64,000 nucleotides of DNA from an uncultured bacterium (GTDB taxonomy: Bacteria; Oederibacteriota; PGYV01; CAWJRG01). Below are positions 19,265-30,039 of this stretch, one piece after another; position 1 is the first letter of the stretch; each line of letters begins with the position of its first letter. The notes under the pieces were generated by a model. That model did not search any database. It was not told the DNA's origin and saw only the letters and a program-made list of their open reading frames with translations. The stretch lies in the NCBI GenBank assembly GCA_963845185.1, contig CAWJRG010000009.1:608001-672000 (forward strand), in the 5' to 3' direction. The translations under genes and the position numbers were made by a program.

Positions 19265-19620
19265 TTTGCACCATCTTTTAACTTCTCCTTGCCTTCTTCG
19301 CCCGGATATGGCCCGCCGAATAAACTCTCTCTTTTCTTTGGTGCTTTTGCAAGGTGTTGACAGGCTTTTTTTAAAAAGTCATTGTCCATAGTCATCTGCC
19401 CAAGCTTGCGTTCAAGCTCCCGGACATGTTCTTTAAGCCCCTCGACTTCATCAGGTTCATTGCCGTATTTGCCACGGGCATAATTTTGCTTCCAATTCTG
19501 GAGTAATCCCCCTGATATTCCATATTTCCGGCTTATCTGCGCCGGCGTACTTACCTTGGATAGCAATTCTTCTACTACTTGTATCCTAAATTCTTTGTCA
19601 AAAACTCTCTTTGGTTTCAT
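19261..19620 (-). CDS. IS3 transposase OrfA (HTH); -1 slippery A7 run at 19372-19366
   Basis: FDKEFRIQVV...LQNWK...DFLKKA; the -1 frame after TTA AAA AAA G is open into OrfB, and there is also an ATGA overlap. Confidence 0.9.
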   Translation of the reverse strand: MKPKRVFDKEFRIQVVEELLSKVSTPAQISRKYGISGGLLQNWKQNYARGKYGNEPDEVEGLKEHVRELERKLGQMTMDNDFLKKACQHLAKAPKKRESLFGGPYPGEEGKEKLKDGAK

Positions 19621-20016
19621 AGATGGTCTCCTTTGCCTTATCAGGCCAGGTCTCCGTCTATTCTAACACATGTGTCCAGTCTCTTGGGTGCAGCCCACAG
19701 GGTATTAAAATCAAAAGGTTATTTAATAATAGCGCATCCGAAACCAATGAAATTATCTGTAATTATTTCACTGATAAGAGATGAAGGGGTTTTTAATGGT
19801 ATATGGACTTTATTGAAACTTTCCAAAGTGTTCTTTTTTAACGTGCTTTTAAAGTTCTTATATAAGAGGGTTTATGGGGAAATTCCCGCCAGCGATATAA
19901 TAGAATATATGAAGAAAAAAAAATACAAATTACTAATGCGAAAAAGTATTTACAGCAATATCGATGATTTAATTATACTTAAAAAAGTAAAATAAATTAT
20001 TTAACGGAGGTATTAG

Positions 20017-21395
20017 ATGGACAAAATAAAGAAAATAGTGCTTGTGAATCCCATGTATAAAAGGCCGGGTTATTATGGAGGGCTTCACAGTGGATATCAG
20101 CCGCTTGCGCTGGGAGTGCTGGCTACGCTAACCCCTAAAGATATCGAAATAATACTGATAGATGAAAAATTTGAGAATTATGACGAGGCAATTAAAAAGA
20201 TACAAAATGTTGATATCGTAGGCATTACCGGATTTACTACAAATATCACTCGTGGATATGAAATAGCAAAAAAAACCAAGGAAAATGGCATACCGGTTAT
20301 CATGGGAGGCGTGCATGTTTCTTTTATGCCTGAAGAAGCGCTGAAATATTGTGATAGCGTTGTAATAGGAGAGGCAGAAGGATTATGGGAACAGGTTCTC
20401 GCAGATGCAGAACAAGGTTCGTTAAAAAAAACATATGTGCATAATGGAAATATTGAAGATATTAAGCCCCGGGCGGCAAGACGTGATATCTTTGATAAAT
20501 ATGATTATGCAATAGGGGGGCTACAAACAGCAAGAGGCTGCCCTATGAACTGCGATTTTTGTTCGGTTACTGCTTATAATGGTTTCAAGTACAGGAAAAG
20601 GGATATAGACGATGTCATAAATGAATTAAAGCAGATCAAACAAAAAGAGATCCTCGTTTTTGATGATAATATCATTGGAAGAACAAAAGAACAAAAAGAA
20701 CATTCACTTAATTTATTTAAAAGGATAGTCAAGGAAAAAATAAATAAATTATGGGTCTGCCAGTCATCTTTAAACGTTGCTGAAGATGAGGAACTCCTTA
20801 AATGGATGTATAAAAGCGGATGCAGGATAATGCTTGTTGGCATTGAAAGCGTTGATAAAGACAATCTTAGAGCCATGAATAAAGCATATAATCTGAGTGC
20901 ATACGAAAGGTATGCGGAGCTCATAAACAGGATACATAAAAACGGCATGGCCTTAATTGGATCTTTCATTATAGGGTATCCAAACGACGGCATGCATACA
21001 GTAAAGGCAATATCCGATTTTATCAATGATTTTAAAATCGATGTTTTTGTTATATCACATTTGACTCCCTTGCCGGGACCAGGCTTTTTCAAAAAATGCA
21101 AAATGAAAACAGGGTATTGACTTCTAATTACCCCGAAGATTGGAAGAGGTATTCATTAGTCAACGTTGTTTATAAACATGAGAAACTTTCAAAAGAAGAA
21201 CTTGAAAAAATAATGTACGAACTCAGAGAAAAATTAACCGTGCCTTTTAATTTTTTATTAGTGAGATTTTTCAGGACGCTTAGGGAGACGGGAAAACTGC
21301 TAACGGCATTTTTAGCATTAAGGCACAGTTTTTTTTACAGGCAGACCTACATGAAAAGATATAAACTTATTAAAAAATCGCAGAATGTAATTTAA
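20017..21395 (+). pseudogene. B12-binding radical SAM protein with a 1-nt frameshift near 21078
   Basis: GGVHVS, RGCPMNCDFC; adding one A to CCG GGA CC restores LTPLPGTRLFQKMQNENRV and joins ORFs 20017-21120 and 21096-21395. Confidence 0.85.
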
Positions 21396-21448
21396 GATTT
21401 TGTACGAAAAAAGCCGATATAAATATTTTTTTTAACCGGGAGCCAATT

Positions 21449-23536
21449 GTGAGAAATATTGTTTTTAATTTAGGTTTATACGAAATACAAACGCTTATAG
21501 CTGCTTTGGGGACGCTTTTATTCGGCTTAGTGAGTTTATTAAGAAATCCCAAAAATAAATTAAATATTACCCTCGCTCTTTTTAATTTTATGGTTATGTT
21601 TTGGATGATAGATTTGTTTCTTATAAGGACTGCAAATAGTGTTAATGCGGCAAATACTATATCGAGATTTCTAAGGCCGACCTTGTTATTCATACCTGTT
21701 TTTTTCATAAGATTTGTAATCTTGTTTGTAAAATTAGAAAACCGCTGGATAAAACTAATATATAACTTTTTGTTATATTTCATGGTTATTATTTCAATAT
21801 TGAATATAATGGGTATTGGATTTAAGGGTTTTTCATATAAACCTGAGTATGGTTACGTGGCGAAGCCTGATTTTATTTATTTTTGTCTTATTATAAATTT
21901 TCTAACTGCATTAACGATAGGCATATATACGCTTATAAAAAAATATTTATCGTCAAACATACTATCTATTGAGAAAAAACAAACACAATATCTATTATTG
22001 GCATTTGTAATATTAACCATTTTTGGTGTAATGAATGTCCTTAATATTTTTGGCATAAAAATATATCCCATGGGCGGTTTTGGCGGGCTTTTATATACAT
22101 TTATCATCACTTATGCCGTATTGAATTATGATTTATTAAGAATAAAGGAATTATTGGTTAAAGCACTTGTATATTGCATCATTGGCCTGGTTTTATTATC
22201 TATATACGCCATATTGCTGCCTGTCCTGGAAAAAATTCCGGATATTAAAAGGCAGCTCGCGGTCAGCTTGTTCGCCGGTATAACGGCAATATTTTTAATT
22301 ACCAAGCTGTATGAAATATTAAATAAATTCGCGGGCGAGATATTTTTAAACAAAAAAGACCTGGAAAGGTCAGCCGTCACCATCCGGGAACAAACAGCAA
22401 CCAAGACAAATCTGGATGAAATTCTTAATGAAATCAACAGCGCGGCAATAAAAGTACTTGAGCTGAAAAGCTCGTATTTTTTAGTCCAATACGGAAAAGA
22501 CAATAATTTTGCCAATGCTGAAAAAAGGGCAAACCTGACGCAGGAACACCCGCTGATAAAATTGCTTATTTCAAAAAAGCAAAAAATATATTTTGAGGAA
22601 TTAAACAACCGGTTATATTATTTAATAGGCGAAAAGGGGATAAAAAGCGATATTGAGCAAATGATTGCCGTGATGAAACAGTTTGAGGCGGCTGCGTGTT
22701 TTCCTGTTTTTATCGGCAGCAATTTAAAAGGCGCATGGTTTTTGGGAGAAAGAAAATCAAAGAACGTATATTCCCGTGAGGAGATAAGGTTTATAAACAG
22801 CGTTATTTACAACCTTTCGGTGCGCATGGAAAATATATTGCTTTACGAACAGCTTGCGAGTTCTGAGAGGCTTGTCATGCTCGGTAAAATGGCCGCTGCT
22901 GTCGCGCATGAAATAAGAAACCCGCTTACAGGACTCGGCGGTTTTGTGGAAATGATGGCAAGCAAAAAAAACGGGGACGCAGTGCTGATGGGGAAATTCC
23001 TGGAAATAGCCCCTGCTGAGTTCAAGAGGCTGGAAAAACTCACCGATAATCTTTTAGCCCTCAGCCATACGACAAAAATCAAGCTGGAAAATGTCGATAT
23101 AGCCGCTGTAATTGACGATGTAAATTTATTTATGTCGCATGTCCACAAAATGTATGGAATACAGGTAGTAAAGAATTTTAATCAACTGCCTCTTATTCAC
23201 GCGGACAAGGAACAAACCATGCAGGTTATTCTTAATGTAATGATAAACGCGATACAGTCTATGCCCGAAGGCGGCACAGTCGAGGTTACTGCTAATAATG
23301 AAATGCGTGACGGCAAAGAATATTTAATAATAAGCGTTAAAGACACGGGCTGCGGAATAGATGAAAACATAAAGGATAAAATATTCGAACCTTTTTTTAC
23401 GACAAAAGCCGACGGTACAGGACTGGGGCTTGCGGTAAGCAAAAAGATAATGGAACTGCATAACGGGTTCATAGAAGTAAAAACCAGGAAGGGGGAAGGC
23501 AGCACTTTTTATTTGTGGTTCCCTTTAAAACAATAA
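21449..23536 (+). CDS. Sensor histidine kinase with multi-TM (7TM-type) N-terminus and GAF-like domain
   Basis: Many hydrophobic helices; AHEIRNPL H-box; DTGCGI, FFTTK and GTGLGL boxes. Confidence 0.9.
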   Translation: MRNIVFNLGLYEIQTLIAALGTLLFGLVSLLRNPKNKLNITLALFNFMVMFWMIDLFLIRTANSVNAANTISRFLRPTLLFIPVFFIRFVILFVKLENRWIKLIYNFLLYFMVIISILNIMGIGFKGFSYKPEYGYVAKPDFIYFCLIINFLTALTIGIYTLIKKYLSSNILSIEKKQTQYLLLAFVILTIFGVMNVLNIFGIKIYPMGGFGGLLYTFIITYAVLNYDLLRIKELLVKALVYCIIGLVLLSIYAILLPVLEKIPDIKRQLAVSLFAGITAIFLITKLYEILNKFAGEIFLNKKDLERSAVTIREQTATKTNLDEILNEINSAAIKVLELKSSYFLVQYGKDNNFANAEKRANLTQEHPLIKLLISKKQKIYFEELNNRLYYLIGEKGIKSDIEQMIAVMKQFEAAACFPVFIGSNLKGAWFLGERKSKNVYSREEIRFINSVIYNLSVRMENILLYEQLASSERLVMLGKMAAAVAHEIRNPLTGLGGFVEMMASKKNGDAVLMGKFLEIAPAEFKRLEKLTDNLLALSHTTKIKLENVDIAAVIDDVNLFMSHVHKMYGIQVVKNFNQLPLIHADKEQTMQVILNVMINAIQSMPEGGTVEVTANNEMRDGKEYLIISVKDTGCGIDENIKDKIFEPFFTTKADGTGLGLAVSKKIMELHNGFIEVKTRKGEGSTFYLWFPLKQ

Positions 23537-23706
23537 TTTATATCTTAAATAATTATATTAAAGAGTCATAAAATTCCTTCCAAAAATCAAACAAACAATT
23601 ACATTCCAGCAAAAAAAAAATTAAAGATCGCTTGCCATTTGTAAATACATTTGATACACTATACTTAGTTCCAGTAAACTTAAATTAATTAAACGGAGAG
23701 TGAAAA

Positions 23707-24840
23707 ATGCTGGAAAGCAGGTTGCTTATTGTTGACGATGAATATTCGATAAGGGAAGCACTGAAACTTTTTTTCGATGGCAAGGGGTTTAAAACAGAAA
23801 TAGCCGTAAACGGCCTTGAAGCGATAGATTTTATAGAAAAAGAAGATTTTGATATAGTTGTTTCCGATGTCCGCATGGACAAAATCGACGGGCTGGCCCT
23901 CCTGAAAAAAATAAAAGAATACAACAGAAAAATGCCTGTCATACTTATCACGGCATACGCGGATTTAAACGGCGCAATTGAGGCCCTGAGGAACGGGGCT
24001 TCGGAATACGTAATCAAGCCGTTTAACATGGAAGCCATGGCTGAAAAAGTCGACAAAGTCTTAAAACTGGCAAAAGACACATCAGAAGAAACTTATGTAA
24101 AAAAATATGAGGAGCAAAAAGTTGATTTTATAACACGGTTTTCGCATGAATTGAGGACACCCTTGACGCCGGTTTACGGATATATAAGCCTTATGCTTAA
24201 AAAAGAATTCGGGGAAATTCCAATTCCACAAATGGAAGTGGTCAAAACAATACATAAAAACAGCAAAAGGCTTAAAAGAATAATCGACGACCTTATAATG
24301 ATTTACTATATTGATTATATGAATGAAATACCCGTGATCCAGAAATATGAAATAGTAAAACTAATTGACGACACCCTTAAGGAAGAAGATGAGGTTATCA
24401 AAAAGAAAAATCAGGCAGTGGAAATAAAAATTTACGACGGGATTGAAACCGTAGACTGCGACAGGGATAAAATGAAAAGGGTTTTATTTCACCTTATTGA
24501 CAACGCTGTCAAGTTCAGCCCTGCCTCGTCGAAAATTATCATAGAAATCAGCAACTTCGAGCACAGGGGCAAAGATCATATCAAATTTTCAGTTAAAGAC
24601 AACAGCGTGAGGCTGAAAACAAACAAGCGGCTTATATTCAGGCAATTTTACGAGTTTACAAGCAACGCCGACGACCCTTTTGTAAGCAAGGAAATCAAGG
24701 GCATGGGCATCGGCCTTACCCTGTCGAAGAGCATAGTCGAGTTACACGGCGGGAAAATCTGGATTGAAAGTGAAGGCGAAGATTTACTGTCGGGAAATAC
24801 TTTCAGTTTTATCCTGCCGATAGTGCAGTTAAGAAAATAA
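23707..24840 (+). CDS. Hybrid receiver / histidine kinase
   Basis: N-terminal REC (VDDE, SDVRM, KPF); SHELRTPL; GMGIGL. Confidence 0.9.
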   Translation: MLESRLLIVDDEYSIREALKLFFDGKGFKTEIAVNGLEAIDFIEKEDFDIVVSDVRMDKIDGLALLKKIKEYNRKMPVILITAYADLNGAIEALRNGASEYVIKPFNMEAMAEKVDKVLKLAKDTSEETYVKKYEEQKVDFITRFSHELRTPLTPVYGYISLMLKKEFGEIPIPQMEVVKTIHKNSKRLKRIIDDLIMIYYIDYMNEIPVIQKYEIVKLIDDTLKEEDEVIKKKNQAVEIKIYDGIETVDCDRDKMKRVLFHLIDNAVKFSPASSKIIIEISNFEHRGKDHIKFSVKDNSVRLKTNKRLIFRQFYEFTSNADDPFVSKEIKGMGIGLTLSKSIVELHGGKIWIESEGEDLLSGNTFSFILPIVQLRK

Positions 24841-24856
24841 TTTAATCCAGAAAGAA

Positions 24857-24965
24857 ATCCCCCAACTTCAGTTGGTGGGATGAATGATACCTTTCTGGAG
24901 GGAACTCTTTATAACCTCCGGTGGGTTTTAGAGGAGCCGCCGACTTCAGTCGGCGGGGTTCCACT
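24857..24965. mobile_element. Non-coding IS200/IS605-like remnant (two subterminal hairpins)
   Basis: CCAACTTCAGTTGG and CCGCCGACTTCAGTCGGCGG hairpins; a degenerate end also at about 5391-5422. Confidence 0.55.
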
Positions 24966-25167
24966 ACTAGGCATTAAATCAAAAAAACAAAACCCGCTAA
25001 TATATGTTCCGGCCATGTCAAGCCTGTTTCTCATCAACCTTTGGTTTCCCGGTTTAAATATATGATATAATATTTTTGATGTATCTTTGCATGCCTATCC
25101 GGGCTGATATCTGGGCAGACAGGCACCCAAGCACAGCAGGCATTGGGCAGAAAGCAGGTTAAAAAGC

Positions 25168-27084
25168 ATGATTAGGCGTACCTTGAATCATACAATTGTC
25201 CGTAAGCTAAAAAGTCCTGAAACAATAAAGGTTCCTTTTGGAAAGTATTTTTTAGTACTTATATTTATTTTTGTTTGCGCAAATTTATACTCAAATTCGG
25301 ATAATCAAAACGCAACTTATCTTGTCTGGGAAGACACAAGCCAGGATGAGGGCCAGCTCCATATATTTGCAGTGTTTCCAAACACAACAGTTACGGTTTA
25401 TAAGGCAGAAGTGCCGGGAAATATAATACAGGAGGCCACTGGCATAACCAATTATAGTCTGGCTTATGCTGGCCAGCCCATTAACTGGATAAACATAGCG
25501 GGCGGGCCTTTTGAAAGGGAATTTTTCAAAATAACATCCAATTATCCTGTGATAGCACAATTACAGACCGAAATCAGCGTGCAAAGCCGTGATTTTGAAA
25601 CAGACCTTATTTCAACAAACGGGACTTATACAGGCAGTACATTTTATACATATATGCAGTACATGACCGATGATAATACAACGTCGTACGGTAGTGTCAT
25701 TACTGTTTTTAATCCTGACACGGTTGCTAAAACAGTAACTATAAGCGGCTGGGGAGGGACGGCATACAGTGTTGCCCCTTATGTTTTTTCAGTGCCGTCC
25801 GACGGCGTATATACCTATGGCGGAACCAATGCCTCAGCCACAGGATATTATCAAATACAATGTTCAGACGGCAATATATCCGTTATGGAAGGCAACGGCC
25901 AGACAAGCGATAACGATAACTGGTTTGAGTATGGTGTTGACTGGAATACAGGCAGAAAAATAGGTGGTTTGATATACGGTAAATTCGGCAGCAACCCAAC
26001 TAAAATTATTATTACAGGCGTAAGCGGGGCGCCGTCATACCAGGTTTATACCATGCCCATACCTGCATTGATGAGCTCAAGTAATGCATGGACATTTTAT
26101 GCATCCGGCACAGTAGGGGTAGGAGCTGAAGAACTTTTAAACCCTCCGGACAGCACAGGCGCGTATAAAGTGGTTGTGACCGGGGGGACGGTGAATGTAG
26201 GCGGCGGAACCGACGACCTGTCAATGGGCGTGTCGGACGGGGATTATATTTCGGGGACAAATACAAATTCACCGCTTGACAATGATTTTTATTTTTCGAC
26301 AGCGACACTGCCTATGGGAATCAACGGAAGCATGACCCTGTCTGTTGTATGCCCGACATCCGGTACGGCGGTAAACCTGTCGCCCGCAGGCGGTACTACA
26401 ATGAACGGAATAAACCCGACCACGGCCGAGGACATGGCTATTGACTGGCTGGGCCTGCCCTTTAACACAACTTTTCATGTGACATCAAATAACCCTGTTT
26501 ATTGTTTTATACAGGGGCCTGACGGCGGCGAAAAAGCCATTAGCATGTCTTTCCTGCTCATACCATCTCCTACAATAACTCCAATTGTTACGGAAATACC
26601 AACGCCCACATTTACTATAACGCCGACCAATACAATCACGAATATTGATACTTCAACCATAACAGCGACATCAACTATAACCGCCACAGAAACCATAACC
26701 GCTTCGCAAACAAATACCATTACAACAACACAAACTCAAACATCTACAGCAAGTATGACTTGCACAATAACAGTAACACCTACGCCTTTAGTTCCGCTTT
26801 GCCTGATTTTATACAAAAATTCGCCGAACCCATGTTCAGACAGCACAAATATAATTTATCAGTTATGTGATGAGGCAAATGTAAATGTAAAAATATACAC
26901 GATAAGCGGCGAGGTTGTGAGGGGATTTTCGCAGCAGGGCGTTGCGGGCATGAACAGCATATACTGGGACACTAAAAATAAAGCAGGCAAAGGAGTGGCA
27001 AGCGGCGTGTATATTTACAGCCTGGAGGCAGCGGACAGCAGGACAAAGCAAAAAGCATGGGGAAAGATGGCAGTTGTAAAATAG
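25168..27084 (+). CDS. Secreted protein with Thr/Pro linker and FlgD-Ig/T9SS-like C-terminal domain (start uncertain)
   Basis: Hydrophobic leader, T-x-T-P repeats, NSPNP...KIYTISGEVVR...WD...GVASGVYIY tail. Confidence 0.8.
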   Translation: MIRRTLNHTIVRKLKSPETIKVPFGKYFLVLIFIFVCANLYSNSDNQNATYLVWEDTSQDEGQLHIFAVFPNTTVTVYKAEVPGNIIQEATGITNYSLAYAGQPINWINIAGGPFEREFFKITSNYPVIAQLQTEISVQSRDFETDLISTNGTYTGSTFYTYMQYMTDDNTTSYGSVITVFNPDTVAKTVTISGWGGTAYSVAPYVFSVPSDGVYTYGGTNASATGYYQIQCSDGNISVMEGNGQTSDNDNWFEYGVDWNTGRKIGGLIYGKFGSNPTKIIITGVSGAPSYQVYTMPIPALMSSSNAWTFYASGTVGVGAEELLNPPDSTGAYKVVVTGGTVNVGGGTDDLSMGVSDGDYISGTNTNSPLDNDFYFSTATLPMGINGSMTLSVVCPTSGTAVNLSPAGGTTMNGINPTTAEDMAIDWLGLPFNTTFHVTSNNPVYCFIQGPDGGEKAISMSFLLIPSPTITPIVTEIPTPTFTITPTNTITNIDTSTITATSTITATETITASQTNTITTTQTQTSTASMTCTITVTPTPLVPLCLILYKNSPNPCSDSTNIIYQLCDEANVNVKIYTISGEVVRGFSQQGVAGMNSIYWDTKNKAGKGVASGVYIYSLEAADSRTKQKAWGKMAVVK

Positions 27085-27162
27085 TCGGAACTTTTCAACC
27101 TGAGGTTTGTCTAATTATCGCAATAAAAAAAATTCAGTTTTTACGATATGAGGAGATTATAA

Positions 27163-29889
27163 ATGCGTTTAAGATTTTTTTTATGTGGCCTCTTATTAAT
27201 TTCTATTTGCGCGCCTGTTCATGCCGATGTCTGGGCAGACAGGCACGGCACGACAAGCACGGCAGGCATGGATTCAGGCACAAGATATAACCCGTACACT
27301 ACATCAATACCGCCGCTGGTATTGCTTTGGTCGCATACAAACTGGGACGGCACAGGGGTAAATACATTACAGGAATCTTCACCCGCAATAGTAAACGGTA
27401 TTGTTTATGCAGGCTCTTCAAACAATTTCAACGCGGCAAGCCATGGTTTATATGCATGGGATACAAATACAGGCACGCCTATTGCGGGTTTTCCAATAAG
27501 TACTCCCAATGACGTAATTTCGTCGCCTGCAGTGGCAAACGGGCTTGTGTATGACGCTTCATACGTAAGCGCCGGAAGCTTATACGCATTCAACGCGCTT
27601 ACAGGCGCGGGCATTGCCGGATTTCCCGGGGTCACAGGAAACCAGATATGGGCATCGCCTGCAGTAGCAAACGGGATTGTATATGAAGGAAGCCTGGACA
27701 ATAACTTATACGCATGGGACGCCGCGACCGGAGCCCCTGTTACAGGTTTTCCTGTGACTACAAGCGCGGCAATTTATTCATCACCTGCAATAGCAAATGG
27801 TATTGTTTATGTAGGTTCCACTGATTATAACTTATATGCCTGGAACGCAGCAACCGGAATCCCTATTGCAGGTTTTCCTGTGAGTACCGGCGGTGCAATT
27901 GTTTCGTCGCCTGCAGTCGCAAACGGAATAGTTTATGCAGGTTCGGATGATGGTGAATTACATGCATGGGACGCGGCGACAGGCTCAATTATTGCAGGTT
28001 TTCCTGCAACTACATCGCCAGTCAGGCCAATTGAATCATCACCGGCCATAGCGAATGGCGTAGTTTATATAAGTTCGGAAAATGGTAAAGTATATGCATG
28101 GAATGCCGCAACAGGCGCGAGTGTGACAGGTTTTCCGGTGCAATTGAACGGGCAAACAGATTCATCCCCGGCCGTAGCAAACGGTTATTTATATGTCGGT
28201 GACGACACCAATAACATCTATGCGATTGACATAACAAATGGAGCCCTTGTCTGGCGGTACCAGTTTCCGGATAATTATGCCGCTGAAGGCATTGATTTTT
28301 GTTCGCCCGCAATAGCAGAAAACAAGTTGTTTGTGACAACTGACGAGGGCAACGGAATATATGTATTTAGCATGTCAAACCCGGCTGTAACACCTACAAT
28401 AACCGAAACGCAGCCGGCTGCGACGGCTTCTGCGGTAATAACTCCAACTTTAACAATGACACCTACAAATTCATTTTCATCCACACCTACATATACTGCA
28501 ACTCCAATATCCGGGTCACCGCCCTGTTATATAACGCAATGGGGAACTTATGGAACCGGCAACGGGCAGTTTTATAGATCTGATGGAATAGCAGTAGACA
28601 GTGGCGGTAAAGTGTATGTCGCAGATACTCAGAACAACAGAATCCAGGAATTCAGCAATACAGGTACATATATCACCCAATGGGGCAGTGCCGGAACCGG
28701 CAATGGTCAGTTTGCAGAGCCTTGGAGAGTGGCAGTAGACAGTAGCGGGGATGTGTATGTCGCAGATACTCAGAACCATAGAATCCAGGAATTCAGCAAT
28801 ACGGGTACATATATAACCCAATGGGGCAGTGCCGGAACCGGCAACGGGCAGTTTGGGTCTCCTGAAGGAATAGCAATAGACAGCAGCGGAGACGTGTATG
28901 TTACAGATAATGGTAGTAATAGAATCCAGGAATTCAGCAATTCCGGCACATATATAACTCAATGGGGCAGTTATGGAAGCGGTAACGGGCAGTTTTGGGG
29001 TCCTGCTGGAATAGCAGTAGACAGTAGCGGAGACGTGTATGTTGCAGACGAAGGTAACAACAGAATCGAAGAATTCAGCAGTACAGGCGCGTATATAAAA
29101 CAATGGGGTGGACTTCCTTATGGAAGCGGTAATGGGCAATTTTATGTCCCTGAAGGAATAGCATTGGACAGCAACGGGAACGTGTATGTTACAGATGAAG
29201 GTAACAACAGAATAGAAGAATTCAGCAGTAATGGCACATATATAACCCAATGGGGCAGCGCCGGAACCGGCAACGGGCAATTTAATACCCCTGAAGGAAT
29301 AGCCGTAGACAGCAACGGGAATGTATATGTTGCAGACTCGGGTAATTACAGAATACAGGAATTCGGCGCATGCGCCAGCCCTATGCCGACTATGTTTGTT
29401 ACTTCTACGCAGACAAGCACTGTATCACCGACAATTACAATCACGGACACATATACAGCAACATTAACTATGACAGAAACGTTTACTGCAACACCAACTT
29501 CAACCATAACGCCGACCAATACTATTACAACAACACAAACATTTACGCTGACAGCAAGTATGACAAATACAGTAACCATAACACCCACGCCGGTAATACC
29601 GCTTTGTCTGTCTTTATATAAAAATTCGCCCAACCCATGTTCAAACAGTACGAATATAATTTACCAGTTATGCGATGAGGCAAATGTAAATGTAAAAATA
29701 TACACCATAAGCGGCGAGGTAGTTAGGGAGCTGACGCAGCAGGGCGTTGCGGGCATGAACAGCATATACTGGGACACTAAAAATAAAACAGGCAAAGGAG
29801 TGGCAAGCGGCGTGTATATTTACAGCCTGGAGGCAGCGGACAGCAGGACAAAGCAAAAAGCATGGGGAAAGATGGCTGTTTTAAAATAA
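27163..29889 (+). CDS. Secreted PQQ-like propeller + NHL repeat protein with Thr/Pro linkers and FlgD-Ig/T9SS-like tail
   Basis: Repeated SSPAxANGxVYxGS..LYAWDAATG and QWGSxGxGNGQF..PxGIAVDSSGxVYVAD units. Confidence 0.9.
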   Translation: MRLRFFLCGLLLISICAPVHADVWADRHGTTSTAGMDSGTRYNPYTTSIPPLVLLWSHTNWDGTGVNTLQESSPAIVNGIVYAGSSNNFNAASHGLYAWDTNTGTPIAGFPISTPNDVISSPAVANGLVYDASYVSAGSLYAFNALTGAGIAGFPGVTGNQIWASPAVANGIVYEGSLDNNLYAWDAATGAPVTGFPVTTSAAIYSSPAIANGIVYVGSTDYNLYAWNAATGIPIAGFPVSTGGAIVSSPAVANGIVYAGSDDGELHAWDAATGSIIAGFPATTSPVRPIESSPAIANGVVYISSENGKVYAWNAATGASVTGFPVQLNGQTDSSPAVANGYLYVGDDTNNIYAIDITNGALVWRYQFPDNYAAEGIDFCSPAIAENKLFVTTDEGNGIYVFSMSNPAVTPTITETQPAATASAVITPTLTMTPTNSFSSTPTYTATPISGSPPCYITQWGTYGTGNGQFYRSDGIAVDSGGKVYVADTQNNRIQEFSNTGTYITQWGSAGTGNGQFAEPWRVAVDSSGDVYVADTQNHRIQEFSNTGTYITQWGSAGTGNGQFGSPEGIAIDSSGDVYVTDNGSNRIQEFSNSGTYITQWGSYGSGNGQFWGPAGIAVDSSGDVYVADEGNNRIEEFSSTGAYIKQWGGLPYGSGNGQFYVPEGIALDSNGNVYVTDEGNNRIEEFSSNGTYITQWGSAGTGNGQFNTPEGIAVDSNGNVYVADSGNYRIQEFGACASPMPTMFVTSTQTSTVSPTITITDTYTATLTMTETFTATPTSTITPTNTITTTQTFTLTASMTNTVTITPTPVIPLCLSLYKNSPNPCSNSTNIIYQLCDEANVNVKIYTISGEVVRELTQQGVAGMNSIYWDTKNKTGKGVASGVYIYSLEAADSRTKQKAWGKMAVLK

Positions 29890-30039
29890 GATAGGGGCAA
29901 TTCAAGAATTGCCAGGTTCTTGCTGTTTACGCCTGCAAAATTAAACTTCATAATAACAAAAAAATATTGAATTAGTCTGTTTATAGGAGTATATTCCTTA
30001 TAACTGGCAGTTGAAAATTAGTAGAAAACGGAGGTTAAC

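Larger units (their letters stand above)
18424..19697 (-). mobile_element. Complete IS3-family insertion sequence
   Basis: TG...CA ends, 26-bp imperfect IRs (TGGAATGAACCC...TGGACAC / TGGGCTGCACCC...TGGACAC), CAG target duplication at 18421-18423 and 19698-19700. Confidence 0.95.
18002..19995 (+). pseudogene. Class I SAM methyltransferase interrupted by IS3 (18002-18423 joined to 19701-19995)
   Basis: VLDAGCGTG motif; removing the IS and one CAG restores the in-frame sequence DEFNRVLKSKGYLII. Confidence 0.92.

Noticed and set aside
28516..29280. Long minus-strand ORFs opposite repeat and housekeeping genes (e.g. 28516-29280, 37986-38612, 44223-44858, 12850-13479)
   Set aside because: Antisense shadows of well-supported plus-strand genes with no recognisable motifs.
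26771..29889. DGR template/variable repeat pair (also considered for the Kelch fragment at 2322-2408)
   Set aside because: Differences are mostly synonymous and not adenine-specific, and there is no reverse transcriptase in the window.
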